DNA from: Nageia nagi
Taxonomy: Eukaryota; Plantae; Pinophyta
Direction of reading: 5' to 3'
NCBI GenBank assembly: GCA_050084985.1
Contig: JBITNC010000001.1
Span: 165,044,001-165,108,000 of the forward strand
DNA: 64,000 nucleotides
Shown: positions 25,898-39,353 of the stretch, one piece after another
Layout: every line of letters starts with the position of its first letter
How positions within the stretch are numbered: position 1 is the stretch's first letter
The notes under the pieces: model-generated
What the model was told of the DNA's origin: nothing
The model's input: the letters and a program-made list of their open reading frames with translations, nothing else
Databases searched by the model: none
Translations under genes and position numbers: made by a program

Positions 25898-28800
25898 TAT
25901 TGTGGCTTCCACAACATGCTCCAAATTTTTAGCAAATTTAGGGACCTTCAAATTTTAGCAATAAGGAGTCTCCTAGCAGGAGTGGTTAAGTTGGCGTTGA
26001 ATTCAGATTGAGAGGCATTGGAGAATAGAATTGATGAAGAATGATCAACGTTGAACTTATAGCAGCAGTGGATCGAGATTTTAGCTAAGGCATTGTCGAG
26101 CACATGTCCTTGAGGAAATAGCACCCACGTCCCCTCCAAGATTCGAGCTAGCCTTCCAAGAGGTTTAGATAGCTGTTTCGAGCAACAAAAAACAAATTTG
26201 TCCAAGTCCAGAACACCTCTTGCCTTGGCCCAAGTCGAAAGGAAGATAAACTCCTTGACTGTGGTGAGGCTTGTCCTCCCCCTTTATAGCGCAAATACTG
26301 ATCAAGATGACCTCCTTGACTCCTCCAAGGCTTGTGCTAGCATCCCAAAGACTCATAACAAAGAAAAGGGGCAAAATCGGCCAAGTCTTGAGCACGAAGA
26401 TCACCCTTGCATCCTAGCGCAAGTGTGGCAAGAGACAAAGTTCTTGTCTCATTCCGGATGTGCGCCTAGTTCTTGCATGCTTTCACGGCACAAGTGAGGC
26501 CTAAGACACCTTGCATGACTCATCTAGGACTTGCGCCAGCCTCATGGGGGCTTCAGGGGGATGATTTTGAGCAACGATAATGAAATTCGACTAAGTCTGG
26601 AGCATGTCTTCCTTGGGTGCATGTTTGGACAAAGGAAACTTTCATGTCTTTTGGAGGATTTGCGCTGATCTCAAGAGCACATTTTGGGTGCATATGCAAG
26701 GCAAGAAACCAGTGTTGTCCTCCCTTGGACTTGCGCTTAGCCTTCTTGGCCAGTATCTTGGTGCAAATGGACACTTAGACACATTGCATGATCCACAGGA
26801 GACTTGCGTTGAGCCATTACACATCATTCCTAGCGCAAGTGCACACCAAGATAGAGGTGGTGACCTCCCTTGGATTTGTGCCAACCTTCCAAGAGCTTTG
26901 AGGAGGCATTCTGGGCAACTAAGGTTGAAATCGGCTAAGTATAGAGCATCATCCCTTTGGGCGCAAATCAGGAAGAGGACAACCACCATAACCCCCTCCA
27001 CACCTGCGTTGGGTTCGCACCCCTCATCCTTGGCATAAATGCAATAGGAGACAACATGCTTGGCTCCCCTCACACATGCGTTGGCTCTATCTCTCCTCAT
27101 CCAAGTGGAAACCGGAGCCAAGACACCCCCTTTGGCTCCCAGAACACTTGCGTCAGCTTCTCCAGGAGCCCAATGGTCTCAAATGTCATGCCAGAATGCC
27201 TAGAAAGCTGCACCCATCTTCGAAGGCATAGATCCCTAGGCACCTGAAGGCATGCCCTAGAAAAACCCTAGAAATATCTATAAGAAAGGGCAAACCAGCC
27301 TTCATTCCTGCATGCCAACATTGCTCTCTCCTTGTAGACTCACCAAGGATTGAAACAAAAACCCCTTGAAAACCATCCGAAAGACAGGTCAAGGAATTCC
27401 TCATCTCTGTTTGCTAAGACATTTGAGACACCATTCCACATTCAATGGCAGAGATGATTCTAAGATGCATGGGGAAAGGGTTAAGATGGAGGGAGTGGTG
27501 ATTGTTGATGACGCCCCATCGAAGACAAGGCTCACCTTCGACCTTGCAACTTCAATGAGTGCATTGCATGAGGATCCCAGTTAGAGAATGGAGTATGAAT
27601 CCACGGAGACTCACCATGTGAGTAGCTTCATCTTCAAGGTCAACAACACACTGTATGTAACCAAAGTCTTCTTGAATAAGGACCCGAAGAAATCTCAAGA
27701 CGTCTAGGACTCAAACAATGAGGACTGAAATTGGTGAGGTCAAGACCACTGGAGAATAGCGGATTAGAGACATCACCAGGCTAGACAAGGAACTAGAGCA
27801 GAGCCAAAAGAAGACAAGCCCTAAAGAGGAGATCATACTTCTAAAGCCACATCGCCTTCAGGAGGAAGAGATCACTCAAGGACAAGCATGCCTTGAACCA
27901 GCGAATGAAGATGACTCGAAGATAGGTGTCACGGATGGAGAAGGACCAACTGATGGACTTATGAATGCTTGTTGATGGAAGCTGTTGCATCTTGGATGCA
28001 ATGTTTTGGTTTTATTTTTATTTTTGCATAATTCAACATTTTGGACCTCAAATTTTATAGATTTTTGTTAAAGCCTTGTGACGGATGAGGATTTTCTCCC
28101 ACAAGTGCTAGACTTAATTTGGTGGTGCCATGTGGCACGTTTTTGTTTGGATCGCCCATACTTTAATAATTTTTTATTAGTTAGGGTTAGGGCAACACTT
28201 ATGGTTGCCTTGCAAAACTATAAATAGCCCTAGCAAGGTCATTCGTGCAGAGAGGTATTTTTGGGAATGGAACTTTGAACATTTTGCAACTAGACTAGTA
28301 GAGTAATTCTTTCAATCTAATACTTGTCTATTGTGAATGTTGCATGATCCTCGAAATGAAAATTGCACAACTTCATTTTATGGTATTATGAACTTAGACA
28401 TGTGATGTTAGACATTTATGTGTGTTGCTTGAGATATTTGAAACATTTCACTAACTCCTTGAGGGGTGGGTGAAAGAATGATTGAATATCTTGTTGAAGT
28501 GTTGAATGTGATGCATGATTAATGATTGTTCATAGTATGCAACTAGACTTGGTATAACTCTGAAAGTGGGTTCTTCTATGACGTTTAGCGTGTGAACTTC
28601 ATCCACATTTTGAAAGTTTTATCCTTGTCCCTTAGACGCATGTTCCCTTCACTAGACCATTCGTGTTGTTGGCTAGTGCAAGTGGATGTATCCTCATTCT
28701 AGACCCTTCGTGTAGTTTGGCTAGAATGAGAGGATGTGTGGGTGTGTGGAACTCACAACAAACCTAGAGGAACCTGGCCTTCAGACATTGTACTCGTCAG

Positions 28801-29178
28801 TGGAGCGTGATGCAAAGAGCTGAACTCAAGTGCCTCTAGCTATCTCAATCTCCCCTCCTATTTTTCTTTTATTTTACATTTTTTTTGCGGCTTTCACACC
28901 CTTAATTTTATTTACCTCGTTTGAGAAACAACCCTTGTTTAAGTGTGAAGACAATCCGAGTCCTTGATTAACAAATTTTATTTAAGTTGGTGTCAGCTTC
29001 AAACATCCTAACTAGTCTCTTGAGTCAATTCTTGCACACCCATTTCAAGAGACCTTTGAGATACCTAGTCCTCATATTAGGCAGGGGTAACGCCCTTCCA
29101 CCTAGGTGTTGGTTCCTTCCATAAGCCTTGCAAATCAATTTGCATATTCGTAGGATAGGAAAGAAAAATGGCCCAACA
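25898..29178 (+). mobile_element. Large solo LTR (3281 bp) in the LINE 5' repeat region
   Basis: Termini TaTTGTGG...CCCAACA, TSD GATCT/GAGCT. The promoter TTAGGGCAACAC...CTATAAATAG (about 28190) is shared with the LTRs at about 155 and 50356. It splits one of the ~400-bp LINE monomers. Confidence 0.82.
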
Positions 29179-32100
29179 GAGCTCATGTACAATTGCATGA
29201 AAATCTCAACAGAAAGCCAACAAGTTGCAAGGGAAATGGTCACACCAAAGTCCTAATGGGGACCATGCGAGCAACCTCGGTCTACAGTCTATGGGGCCTA
29301 AAAATGAACCTCGAGAGGGAAAAATCGAGCAAGCATGAGCAAAATGAATCTTGAGAGCTTGCGATGGCCACAAGTGGGTTCGCGATGGGTTGTGGACTAG
29401 TCCCAATGGTAGAGTCGGTATCACATGAATTGATGGTTTTAGAATGAGTCCTCGTGGGTCGAGAGGAAGCTAACAAGACATCAATAAATCATAGAGTCCT
29501 TGCGCACACAAGGGAGGTGCAAGCCGAGAGCTTAGACACAGATGCAAAACGAGGCATGAGAATTTAGTTGTGTAGTCAAGAGCTCGTGTACAACTGCACA
29601 AAAATCTCAATGAAAAGCCAACAGTTTGCGAGGGGAAATGGTCACACTAAAGTCCTAATGGAGACCATGTGAGCAACCTCAGTATGCAATTTATGGAACC
29701 TAAAAATGAAAATAGAGAGGACAAAATTGGGCAAGCATAAGCAAAAATAAATCTCAAGAGCTCGTGATGGCCGCAGGTGGGTTCGCTATTGGTCCTAATG
29801 GCTCGCAATGGCTATAGGTGGCTTGTGGAAGGGTCATGATGGTTGCAGGTGGGTTCATTTTTTTCATAGATGGGTTAGAACATGGATCTTTGTGCAAGCA
29901 CCGGAACTTAGATGCGAGCCCAGGAGCTCAGATGAGTTGTGGGTTGCGAAGGCCTAAGTGTGATGGTCAAAGGTCAAGAGCTCGGACAGGTCAACAGCTC
30001 AGGTTAGGGTCAAGAGCTTGAATAAGTTGACATCTTGAATGATGTGATGGTCAGGGGTCAAGAGACAATGAGTGGTAGACACAGATCAAACATGGCTCAT
30101 AGGTGAAACAATCTCAAAAGCAACAAAGTCAACTCGTGAGTTAGGAGGAAATGACCCTGCAAAACGGGTGGAACATTATTGAGGTTTGCGGAGATGGTTG
30201 CAGGGCCATCGTAAGGGGTGAACCATAAAGTTACAATGTTCTTTGGTAGGGTTGTGGAGCTACAAGGTTGGAGATGACTGCAAGGCCATTGCGGGGGGCA
30301 AACCACAAAGTTACAATCTTTGCTGGCAGGGTTGGGGGGCTATGGGGTTGTGGAGCTATGGGGCTAGAGCTACGGGGCAAAAAATAGTTATGCCATCTGG
30401 AGAGCTGTTATGGCATGACATATGTAAACCAGGTTCAAGAGGTGTGGGCATGGATTGGCTCTTTTTCATCCTTAATATCTTCAACAAACTCTTGGTATAC
30501 TTAATTTGTGAACAAATATGTGGTCTTGCATCTGTCAGACCTCCAATCCAAGGAAATAATGAAGTAAACGAAGATCAGTTATGTTGAATGATTTCTTGAG
30601 GTCAACCTTACAAGATATGATCAACTCCTTGTGATGACCAAATCAACGACATACAGAACCGCAATGGCTATCTACCCCTTATGTTGTTTGAGGTAGAGAT
30701 TAGGATCAGAAGGATCCCTAACAAAGCCATGTTGTAGTAAATGCTCATGAATCTTGATGTATTAGGCTCTTGGAGCCTTTTTTAAGCTATACATATCCTT
30801 TATCAATCTACACACTTTTCCTTTTCTTGGGTCAACAAGAAATCCTTCAGGATGTTGCATGTAGACTTCTTCTTCCAAGTATTTGTTCAAGAAGATACTC
30901 TTAACATCCATCTGATGCATTTTACATCCAAATTGTGCAACCATTTCAAAAGCAATCCTGATAGTCTTGGCTGTGGGAGCAAATGTTTCCTCATAATTTA
31001 TGCCTTCGTTTTGGGTATATCTCTTTGCAACTTGTTGGGCCTTATGTTTGTCGAGTGTTTCATCAACTTTGTACTTTGTCTTTAACACCTACATGCACCC
31101 ACTAGCCTTCTTGCTTGGTGGAAGATCTACTAACTCCCATGTGACATTTCTCATCAAGGTATCATTTTTAGCCTTCATGGCTAATTTCCAATGGGGTAAA
31201 TCGAAGGCCTCACAAACCGTCTCGGTTCAAGACTATTCACCACCATGCTCATTAATGCTAGATTCACTTCCTCTTGAACCATGCTACGTGTCCTTGGTCT
31301 AGATGTAGAAACATATGGTAAAGCACTCAAATGTGAATCCTGTAGTTGCTTCTTATACCAAGTTGGCTCATTGGAGTGATTAGGTGGCAAACACATAACG
31401 TGATCTGCTTCTTTCTCAATATCTTTATCATCACAAGTGATGATAGGATCATTGATAAGAACAAGTGATGTTGCAGGTGGATTGGTTGGAGAATTACCAA
31501 TTTCATCAAAGATAACATCTTTGCTCACATATATCTTCCGATTAGTAGGATCCATGAGCTTTTTACCATTTAGTCGCTAGTATACCTAAGAAGAATGCAC
31601 CTCAAGGACTTGTTTTCCAACTTCGTTCTTTGCTCTTTGGGAATGTGCATGTAGGTCATGCAACCAAATACTCGAATATGAGAGATAGATGATTTCAACC
31701 TTGACCATGCTTGTTTAGGAGTTATCCCTTTAAAAGCTTTAGTAGGTGCTCTATTCAATAGATATATTGTAGTCCTCACAACTTTTGCCTTAAAAGCTAG
31801 ATGCAACTTTGCATCCTTCAACATGCTTCTCACCATCTCTACAATGGTACGATTTTGCCGTTCAACAACTACATTTTTTTGTGGTGTGTATGATGTGGTC
31901 AATTGCCATCAAATCCCATTATTTTTCAAGAATGCATAAAACTCATGTAATGTGTACTCTCCTCGATCTAGGCAAAGTACATGGATTTGATAGCTAGTGG
32001 GATTCCCCACACAAGCCATGAACTCTTTGAAGTAGTCAAAGGTCTATGACTTGGCTTTCAAGCAATAAACCCACATATTTTGGGAATAATCATCAACAAT

Positions 32101-34789
32101 CAACAAGAAATATCGGTAGACAGTGTGGCTAGCTTTAATGGTGCTACATAGATTGGAATGAATCACATTAAGAAGTCCCTTAGGATGACGGTTGCTATTT
32201 TTAAAATGGTGCCTATGTTGTTTTCTTGCAATGCAAGAAAAACAAATAGGTGTAGAAGTAAGAGAGGGAAGACCATGAACCATCTTCTTTTGTTGTAAGG
32301 TAATCAAGTAGTTGGGATTCATGTGTCCATATTTGCGGTGCCAAAGAGTGGTGTCATCTAAAACATAAATAGTGAGTGCTTGATTGTTGGAAGCCACAAC
32401 ATTAAAAAGGAGATTCTTTTTTTGAGTCCTAGCACATATAAGACCTCTTTAATTTGAAAATTCAAGATAGATTTGCACATGTTGTTTCCCCTCAATGGCA
32501 TAAGGTGTGTCATCTTTCAATTGTACTTGAACTAGATAGGATTTCTCATCCAAAGAAACGAAGCAATCCTTTCGGCCAATCATGTGCTTGGTAGCACTAG
32601 AATCCACATACCAAGTGATGGTTATGGATGGTTGCTCTTGATGGGAAAGAGCAAAATCTTCTGTCTCATCATCTTCTTCAGCATTAGCAACATTCCCTTG
32701 TTATCCTTGTGGTCTTCAATTTCTCCATTGTCCTTTGTTGTTAGGAGGTGGTCCTTTATGCTTTGGATTCTTATCACTTGAAGAGCCTTGAGCGAAAGAA
32801 TTGTACCAACAATCTTGCAATTTATACCCCTTCTTACTGCAAATCAAGAAAGGTGTGTTGGTGTCTTGTGATTTGCCTTTTTCCTTCTATTTCTTTTTAC
32901 TTTTTCTAAGTGGACACCATTGCATGCTTCTCTTCATTCAAATTCTCATGGAAGGCCTCTTCTTGTTGCAGCATATTCACCAACTATTCAAAGTTTGGCT
33001 TTGCTTGGTGATGTTTAAGGATGTCACAAAGATGAGATACACTTTTTGAGTGCTCTCAAGACTGGGTACAAGGAGCTTATCTTCCACTGTGAGTTGTGAC
33101 TCCTAATGCTTGTAGGGAGGAACGGAGTTCCACAACTTGACGTAGAAAGGATTCGAACTTCTCCCCACCTTTAAACTATAATCTGTGTAATTGTCCTTGA
33201 AAATGAAGCATCTGATTGTGATTCTTAGATTCGAACACTTGCTGCAATTTTTTTTAGGCTTCATTAGTATCGTTGGAATCACGAACATGGGGTTGGACAT
33301 CATCCGAGATTCCAAGGAGGAGAATCATTCAGGCTTTTCTATTGTACTGTTCAAACTCTTTTTGTGGATCTCTAGCAGTTTTTGGGCATTTTGCAGTCCT
33401 ATCAATAATGTCCCACAAGCCTTCAAATTTTTGAATTTTGCAGTCCTATCAATAATGTCCCAAAAGAATGGCTTGAATTTTTGTCTTCCAGGAAGCATAA
33501 TTGTTTTCTTTCAAGACTAGAAATTCAGGAAGGACGATTTTTGGAGCAATTTGTGCCATTGTTTACTTAAAAAAGTCAAGAAATCGTGCACTTTATGTAG
33601 ATTGTATACAGGATTTTTTGGGATCCAAGCCAAAAATTGCAAAATGGAGCCTGATTTGAGATAAATATGAGCAAATTTCAGTGAACAATGGCAATAAATT
33701 TTGTCACTTTGGCAATAGACTTCTCTCAATTTACTTACCTCACACATCTTTACTACAGCATCCACTTCATGCAGGTCAATATGTATTCAGATCAGGTCAT
33801 GTTGTATTCTAATCGATGTTCTGCTTTGTGAATGGCATATATGTAGGTTTGAAAAAGCCCTCACAAAAGTATGCACTGGTCTCAAATGTACTGATCAACC
33901 TTCAACAACAGCTCTACCCACGTCTTTGCATGCTTCTGGCAGGTTTGATTGATTACTTACTTGTATGTTATGATGGATTGCAATAATCATTGGATCAGCA
34001 CAGAGCAATGATCTCATGGATCAATAAATCTCAAAGGAAGCCTCCTTTCCTTGCATTTCTCTAATGCAACACAACATTCTTCAACAAGTCTCACTAGATC
34101 TTTGCAGGGATAAAAATCCTCTACAAGCTTATTGGTAGCTAGAGATGGAAATCATATGAGAGTGCTATGATACTATGTAAGATTAGAATAAGAGGCTTTC
34201 TTTATTACATTCCCCAATCAAGTATAAATACAAGAGAGAAAACCTAAAAATAGAAAAGGGTTCCTAAAAATAACGTATATCTATAATTAACCACAATCCT
34301 ATAATAAACTACTGATCTATAATTGACCATTAATGTATTATTATTGTAACAATAATAAAGCTACATTCGTAAGATGTCTTACTCTTGTCAAGATTAGAGA
34401 ATGGGTTGTGTTAAAAGTATATAAAATAAAAGAGTCAAATCTTTACCAAACCCAAAATTTCCCATGGACAACATAGAAGGAAATGTTGGAACATACAAAA
34501 ATGCTATATGGAAGATTTTGTGTTCATATTCAAAATTTAATTTAAATATATAATAAATTTTAAATAAATTTGCATTAATATTTGAAATAAATTAAAATTT
34601 TAATGAGACATTTAATTAAAATTGTAAAATTAAAATTAAATATAATTAATAGTTAAAATTTATTTTAAATATATAATTAAATTTTCAATATATTTAAAGT
34701 TCAATTTTTTGTTGAATAAGACATTTAACTAAAATTAAAATTAAATATAATTTAGAAAAGATGACGAAACTAAAGGAAATGGGTGCAAA

Positions 34790-36800
34790 ATTACAAAGTG
34801 AGAACTTCAGGGCGAATGGGCAAGATCGGAGTCTAGGGTTTGGAAACCATCCTTTGATGGCAATTCCTCCCCATGATCTCCATTGACGATAGAAAGCTTT
34901 ATTTGGATGGGAATGTCTTATCTCCTATCTCAAAGCACAATAATATGCAAGATATGGATAAAGTGTGCCAGTTTGGAAAAACTTGAAGTTTTCATTGCAG
35001 AAAATTGGTGCAAATCGTAAACTATAATTTTGATTCCAAACAATTTCTTTGTTGTTGAGTTCCTAGATCAACAAATGTGAGATAAGATTCTCAACCACAA
35101 GCTTGGATGGTGCTTTCGACAGTGTGGCATATCAATGCACCCTTGGAAGCCTTCTTTTAATTTGCTAACAGAAGAGTTGAAGGTTATCCAGTCTGGATTA
35201 ATTTGTATGCCCTTCCTAGTGAGCTTTGGGGTGCGAAAACCTTCATGAAAATTGGCAATTCAATTGAAAATATCTGTACATGGACATTCAAACCAAGGAG
35301 AACCTATCTAAATATGAAAACACAAGTAAGGCATTCTTAGCTTTATGGATGAAGACGTCCTCCCCATAGCCGTAGTCCATAAACTTGTGTTCAATATGGG
35401 GAGAGTGGATACAAAACATAGAACATGAAAATTGTAATGTGCCCATTCCAAAATGTATTGGGACCCACTGGGTCACTTGTAATATAATAGAATAGGTTTG
35501 TTTCCCATGGTTATTATTGTAAACTCAGGATAGGAAATAAAGGCCATCTGGGCCTCATCATGAGCCCCAAAGTGGGATGATCCCTCCTATGTGTAGAATA
35601 GACATTTTATTATACAAAGATCCCGGAATGTGGGAATCCCAATTCTAGCAGCTAAAATGACTTGGACGGACTCCGGGTAGCTAATGTCTAGTTTGGAGGG
35701 TCCCACACCCCCAACGTTGGCATCCTGGCTCATCATGTCTCCCACGTTGGCACATTTGGCCATTTGGGACCCCACGTCAGCCTCAAAGGGGCTTAATATC
35801 CCCAACGTTGGCTTATTGGGCTCTTATGACCCCACATTGGACTAGTTTGACTAGTCATACTCCAACGTTGGATTATAAGATTGATTATGGTGATTTCGAG
35901 GAGCTTAAGCTAGAGGAGGTTATAAAAGAGCATTGAGGGCCTCATTCAGAACAACTTTTGATTATTTTACTCTCTTGACATTTACTTGTACGGACTGGTG
36001 GTCTTGAAAGACTTAGCGTCGCTAAGCAACAATCCTAGACGAGTCGTCTAGAGGGTTATCAGGTAGTGGGATCTTGGTAGGCTAGGTTGAGTAGGTTACT
36101 CGGCACATCTGGTGGCATATGAGGGCACACATTTACCGTTCGGGCGGTTCACCAGGCTACGAGGAGGGCCCCTTCAATGGGGAGGATTTGGAGTTATGAG
36201 GGTGCAGGTCGTATCCCGAGGTTTGAGAGGTTGTAGTGAGGTGTTGTATGTACCTGGTTGGCTCCATTGAGGCCAACGTCCAACTGTGGGAGCTGAGGAA
36301 TTGTAATTGAAGACATTATTTGTAATACAATGCCCTATTGAGACTAGATCTCCATTTGTTATGTTCCAATTGCATGTTTATGTTGGTTTTCTAGTTGTTC
36401 ATTTTAGTAAAGATATCCTTACATGTATTTATTGTTCATTGTATAAAAAACTATCAATCTGGGCTAGATGTAGGGAGTGATTAAGGTGATTAGAGTGCAG
36501 GAGGGATGATGTCACCCATTAGAGGGGGTTTTGAGCCAAAAGGGTGCAACTTTTGCTAGGGTTTGGTCGTTGGGTGCAAGTTGGAAGCCCTAGTTGGTCG
36601 TGGAACCTAGTTTTGCTTGCGTTTCTATTTTGGGCGCATTACAAAAACTTTTGGATGCATTGTTTTTGTTGTCAACAATATGGGCATTTGAAGTGTAATT
36701 GTTTCGACAACTCTCTTCATCTTGCTAAGAAGTTTGAAATTTCGATGGAGGACAACTTAAAATATCAGGCTGTTGGAAAATGGCAGAAGGCACCATCTCT
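34790..36800 (+). pseudogene. Plant L1 ORF1 remnant (DUF4283-like plus zinc knuckle), split by a solo LTR
   Basis: NNFFVVEF, HPWKPSFN, VWINLYALPSELW...KIGN, then IEHEN|FWMHCFCCQQYGHLKCNC reading across the insertion. Confidence 0.7.
35433..36643. mobile_element. Solo LTR (1211 bp), probably containing a second nested LTR fragment
   Basis: Termini TGTAATGTGCCC...GGGCGCATTACA, TSD AAAAT/AAAAC. The internal ~35520-36423 ends CCTTACA and resembles 7145-8240. Confidence 0.75.
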
Positions 36801-36947
36801 TGAAGCAATCCTTCAGGCTCAGAGTTATTTAGATCCAACCCAATAGATTTTGTTGATAAGACATTGTGTAGAGGAGTGTAGCTTGGGATCTGGCAAACAC
36901 ATCCCAGTTGCAGAGCCTACCAATTGCCTAGAAAAGGACTTGGCTAT

Positions 36948-39070
36948 TGTTGTCCTACATAACACTCCCAAAATGCAAGATTTTGGGGACCCTATTTTTG
37001 CAAAGGCAATGAGTTGCATTGCCTTGAGATTGGCTTTAAGTGATGAATGGTTGATTTTGAACAATGTGAAGATGATATTAGGGAGCGATTCACGGAAATT
37101 ACTCGTTGAATACCCTAAAGAGTATAAGAGCATCCAATCATCAGTTTTGGAGCCAAGGAGTTGGAATCCACAAAGTTCACTGGAATACATGATTTTTGGG
37201 TCTAGAATGAGGCCAATGGAGATGGGGTCATTTTTCAGAGTTTGCTAGAGTTGGAATCAAAAGACATAGGCTAGAAGAGGACCCTGTTTCAAGCAAGTTC
37301 AGGCTTAGAAATTACGGGATTCAATCAAGTTTGCTTCCTCTCCAAGCTAGGTGCAATTTCCCAAGATTTGCTGCCATCAAAGGCTAGAAATTGGCACCTA
37401 AGGCAAAATGGGTGTTTTTTGGATCGAATTTGGAGCATATTTTAAGGATGCCAAGACATGAAGGGTCAAATTTCAAGCAAGTTTAGGCTTGGAATTTTTT
37501 GAATTGGGTCAAAATTGAACCAAGGAGAGTTAGGAGCATGTTTTGAGGTGTTTGATACCATCAAAGCCAAATTTTTGGTGCCTAGCTTCCAAATGCTTAA
37601 TTTTATTAAATTTTTGATCACAATTTCGATGACATGGCAAGGTGGAGGAGGTAAAATGAGCCAAGTTAGGGCTTGGAATTTTTGAAAGAGAGCAAAATTT
37701 GTGTCCCAAGCACATAGGCGCATGATTTAAGGGGTTTGACATCATCAGACCAAGGTTTTTGGCACCTAGACCTAAGAGCTCTCAAAATCATGAAATTTTA
37801 AACTTGCAAAATTCGAAAATCTAGGACATGGGTGTTGTGGTAAATGGAAAATTGAACAAGTTTGCTCTTGGAGGATTCAAAAATTGACTAAGATTATGAT
37901 CCTCAAGCTTAGGCACAAGTTTAAGGTGCTTTGAGGTCATCAAAGCAAGAATTTTGGTGCCTAGATTGAAGAATTGATCATTTTCACAAAATTTTGGATT
38001 TTTTTTTTGAATGCATAGGATGGGAAGTGCAAACATGCATAACTTTGCCTTTTACACTAACCCAAAAAGACCAAATTTACATCCCCAAGAGCTAGGCGCA
38101 GGATTGCACCCCTTTGATGTCATCAAAGCTATATTTTTTGCGCCTAGTATGCATGCATTCCAAATTGATGAAATTTTGACATGATCAAACGGAAAGACAA
38201 AAACATGGGTTTGATAGAGAATAAAAAGTCATGCAAGATTAGGTTTGGAAGTTCTAAAATTGAACAAATTTGAGGCTTTCCTAGCCTAGGTGCAGGTTCC
38301 TCCCCTTTGGTGACATAAAAGTCCCATTTTTGGCATTTAAGGGAGGCATAAGATCATTAATTTTCTTGAAACTAGGGAAGGATTGCCCTCTAAATTTCAC
38401 ACCTTTGGGCTAAAGCATTTTAAAAATTGAACAAGTTTGATGTTCCCTAGAGGTAGGCGTAGGATTACACCCCTTTGGTCACATCAAACACTAATTTCTA
38501 GTGACTGGGGTGAGCATGGGTCCATTTTTTTTGAAAAAAAATCAAATTTTGCTCCAAAACATGGGAGGATTGCACTCCAAATTTCACATCAAATGGCTAA
38601 AGGAGTTCCAAAAATGACAAATGCTTGCACACCTAGAGGCCAGGTGTTGGAGTCCATGCCTTTGAAACCATCAAACCTCAAAGTTGGCACCTAGGGAAGG
38701 AACAGCTTGGTTTTGGTCAAAATTTCAAATCTCTTGCAAATTCACAAGGCTCTACCCATTTGGAATTTGCATCACTTGGTCCAAGAAGCAAGCAAAAATT
38801 ATAAAAAATTAACAAACTTGAGCATTTGAACATCAAACATTAGTTTTTTTGACAAAACTTGTGCACTACACTTGGTCACTAAAGCTAAGTTTTCTTCAAA
38901 GTGTTCAAAAAGCAAAATTTTGCTCCCAAACTCCAAAATTGCTCAAATCAATCCCAATTAGCTTCAATATCCATCACCAATCCATCCATGGCCATACAAG
39001 ATCTATCTGGGCACTTTTTAAAGTTGTTATAATTTTGTCCCTCCCATCATTTCTCACATTTTAGACCAAA
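36948..39070 (+). mobile_element. 3'-truncated large LTR, family of 47359-51321, with a ~185-bp internal array
   Basis: Starts TGTTGTCC..ACAAC. CAAGATTTTGGGGACCCTATTTTTGCAAAGGCAATGAG is identical to about 47390. Similarity is lost after about 39070. Confidence 0.82.
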
Positions 39071-39089
39071 AATCCAACTTGGAACAACC

Positions 39090-39353
39090 TTTGGCTTGGT
39101 ACAAAACTTGGACTTGGGAGAAAGTCGGCTAAAAATTTGGCAATAAAAATGAAATCAAAATATTGATGTTTTTGAACAATTCAGTAGGACTCAAAACTCA
39201 CCTCAAAAATTGGCAAAACTTGCGAGTCAAATACATTGTCAAAAACTTGGTTAACCTAAAAAAACTTGTGAGTTGAATATTACTACTTGCTTTCATTGGC
39301 TAGGCAAGATTACTACTTGGTAGTCATCAAATACATAGAGTTTGGCTACTATG
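39090..39353. mobile_element. Eroded hAT terminus related to 20187-24143
   Basis: Ends GAGTTTGGCTACTATG (compare GAGTTTTGCTACTATG) and has CpG-decayed subterminal repeats (ACTTGG, ACTTGCGAGT). Confidence 0.55.

Larger units (their letters stand above)
15757..30385 (-). mobile_element. Full-length degenerate LINE (about 6.2 kb after removing inserts) inserted in the copia RT
   Basis: Repetitive 5' region (about 25700-30385), coiled-coil ORF1 remnant (about 24700-25500), APE endonuclease remnant RDFNG (about 24170), RT motifs IVQPIFKS..NYHTI, DVKNAFD, LFINDIILL, C-terminal HQL.I.T...C..C...F.C, and a (TTTC)n tail. The copia RT reads through on both sides (TPLEPGL... / YCQLLGGLIYL). The 5' boundary is approximate. 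Confidence 0.82.
14910..34351 (-). mobile_element. Ty1/copia LTR retrotransposon, structurally complete but degenerate, with about 14.6 kb of nested insertions
   Basis: 176-bp LTRs at 14910-15085 and 34176-34351 (15 mismatches by hand). TSD ATACT/ATAAT. Degenerate tRNA-iMet PBS (TAGTATCATAGC) and a G-rich PPT. Domain order: gag, protease WYVDSSATKHM, LWHRKYGH, integrase TPQKN..ERQNRT, RT YEETFAP/QMDVKS/YSLKKAPRA, RNase H. Confidence 0.93.

Noticed and set aside
26165-27584. Cluster of overlapping 70-160 aa ORFs on both strands
   Set aside because: They lie in a GC-richer part of a solo LTR, have no recognisable motifs, and are consistent with chance ORFs.
34520-34760. Extremely AT-rich stretch as a MITE or origin-like element
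   Set aside because: Low complexity only, with no convincing TIR or TSD.
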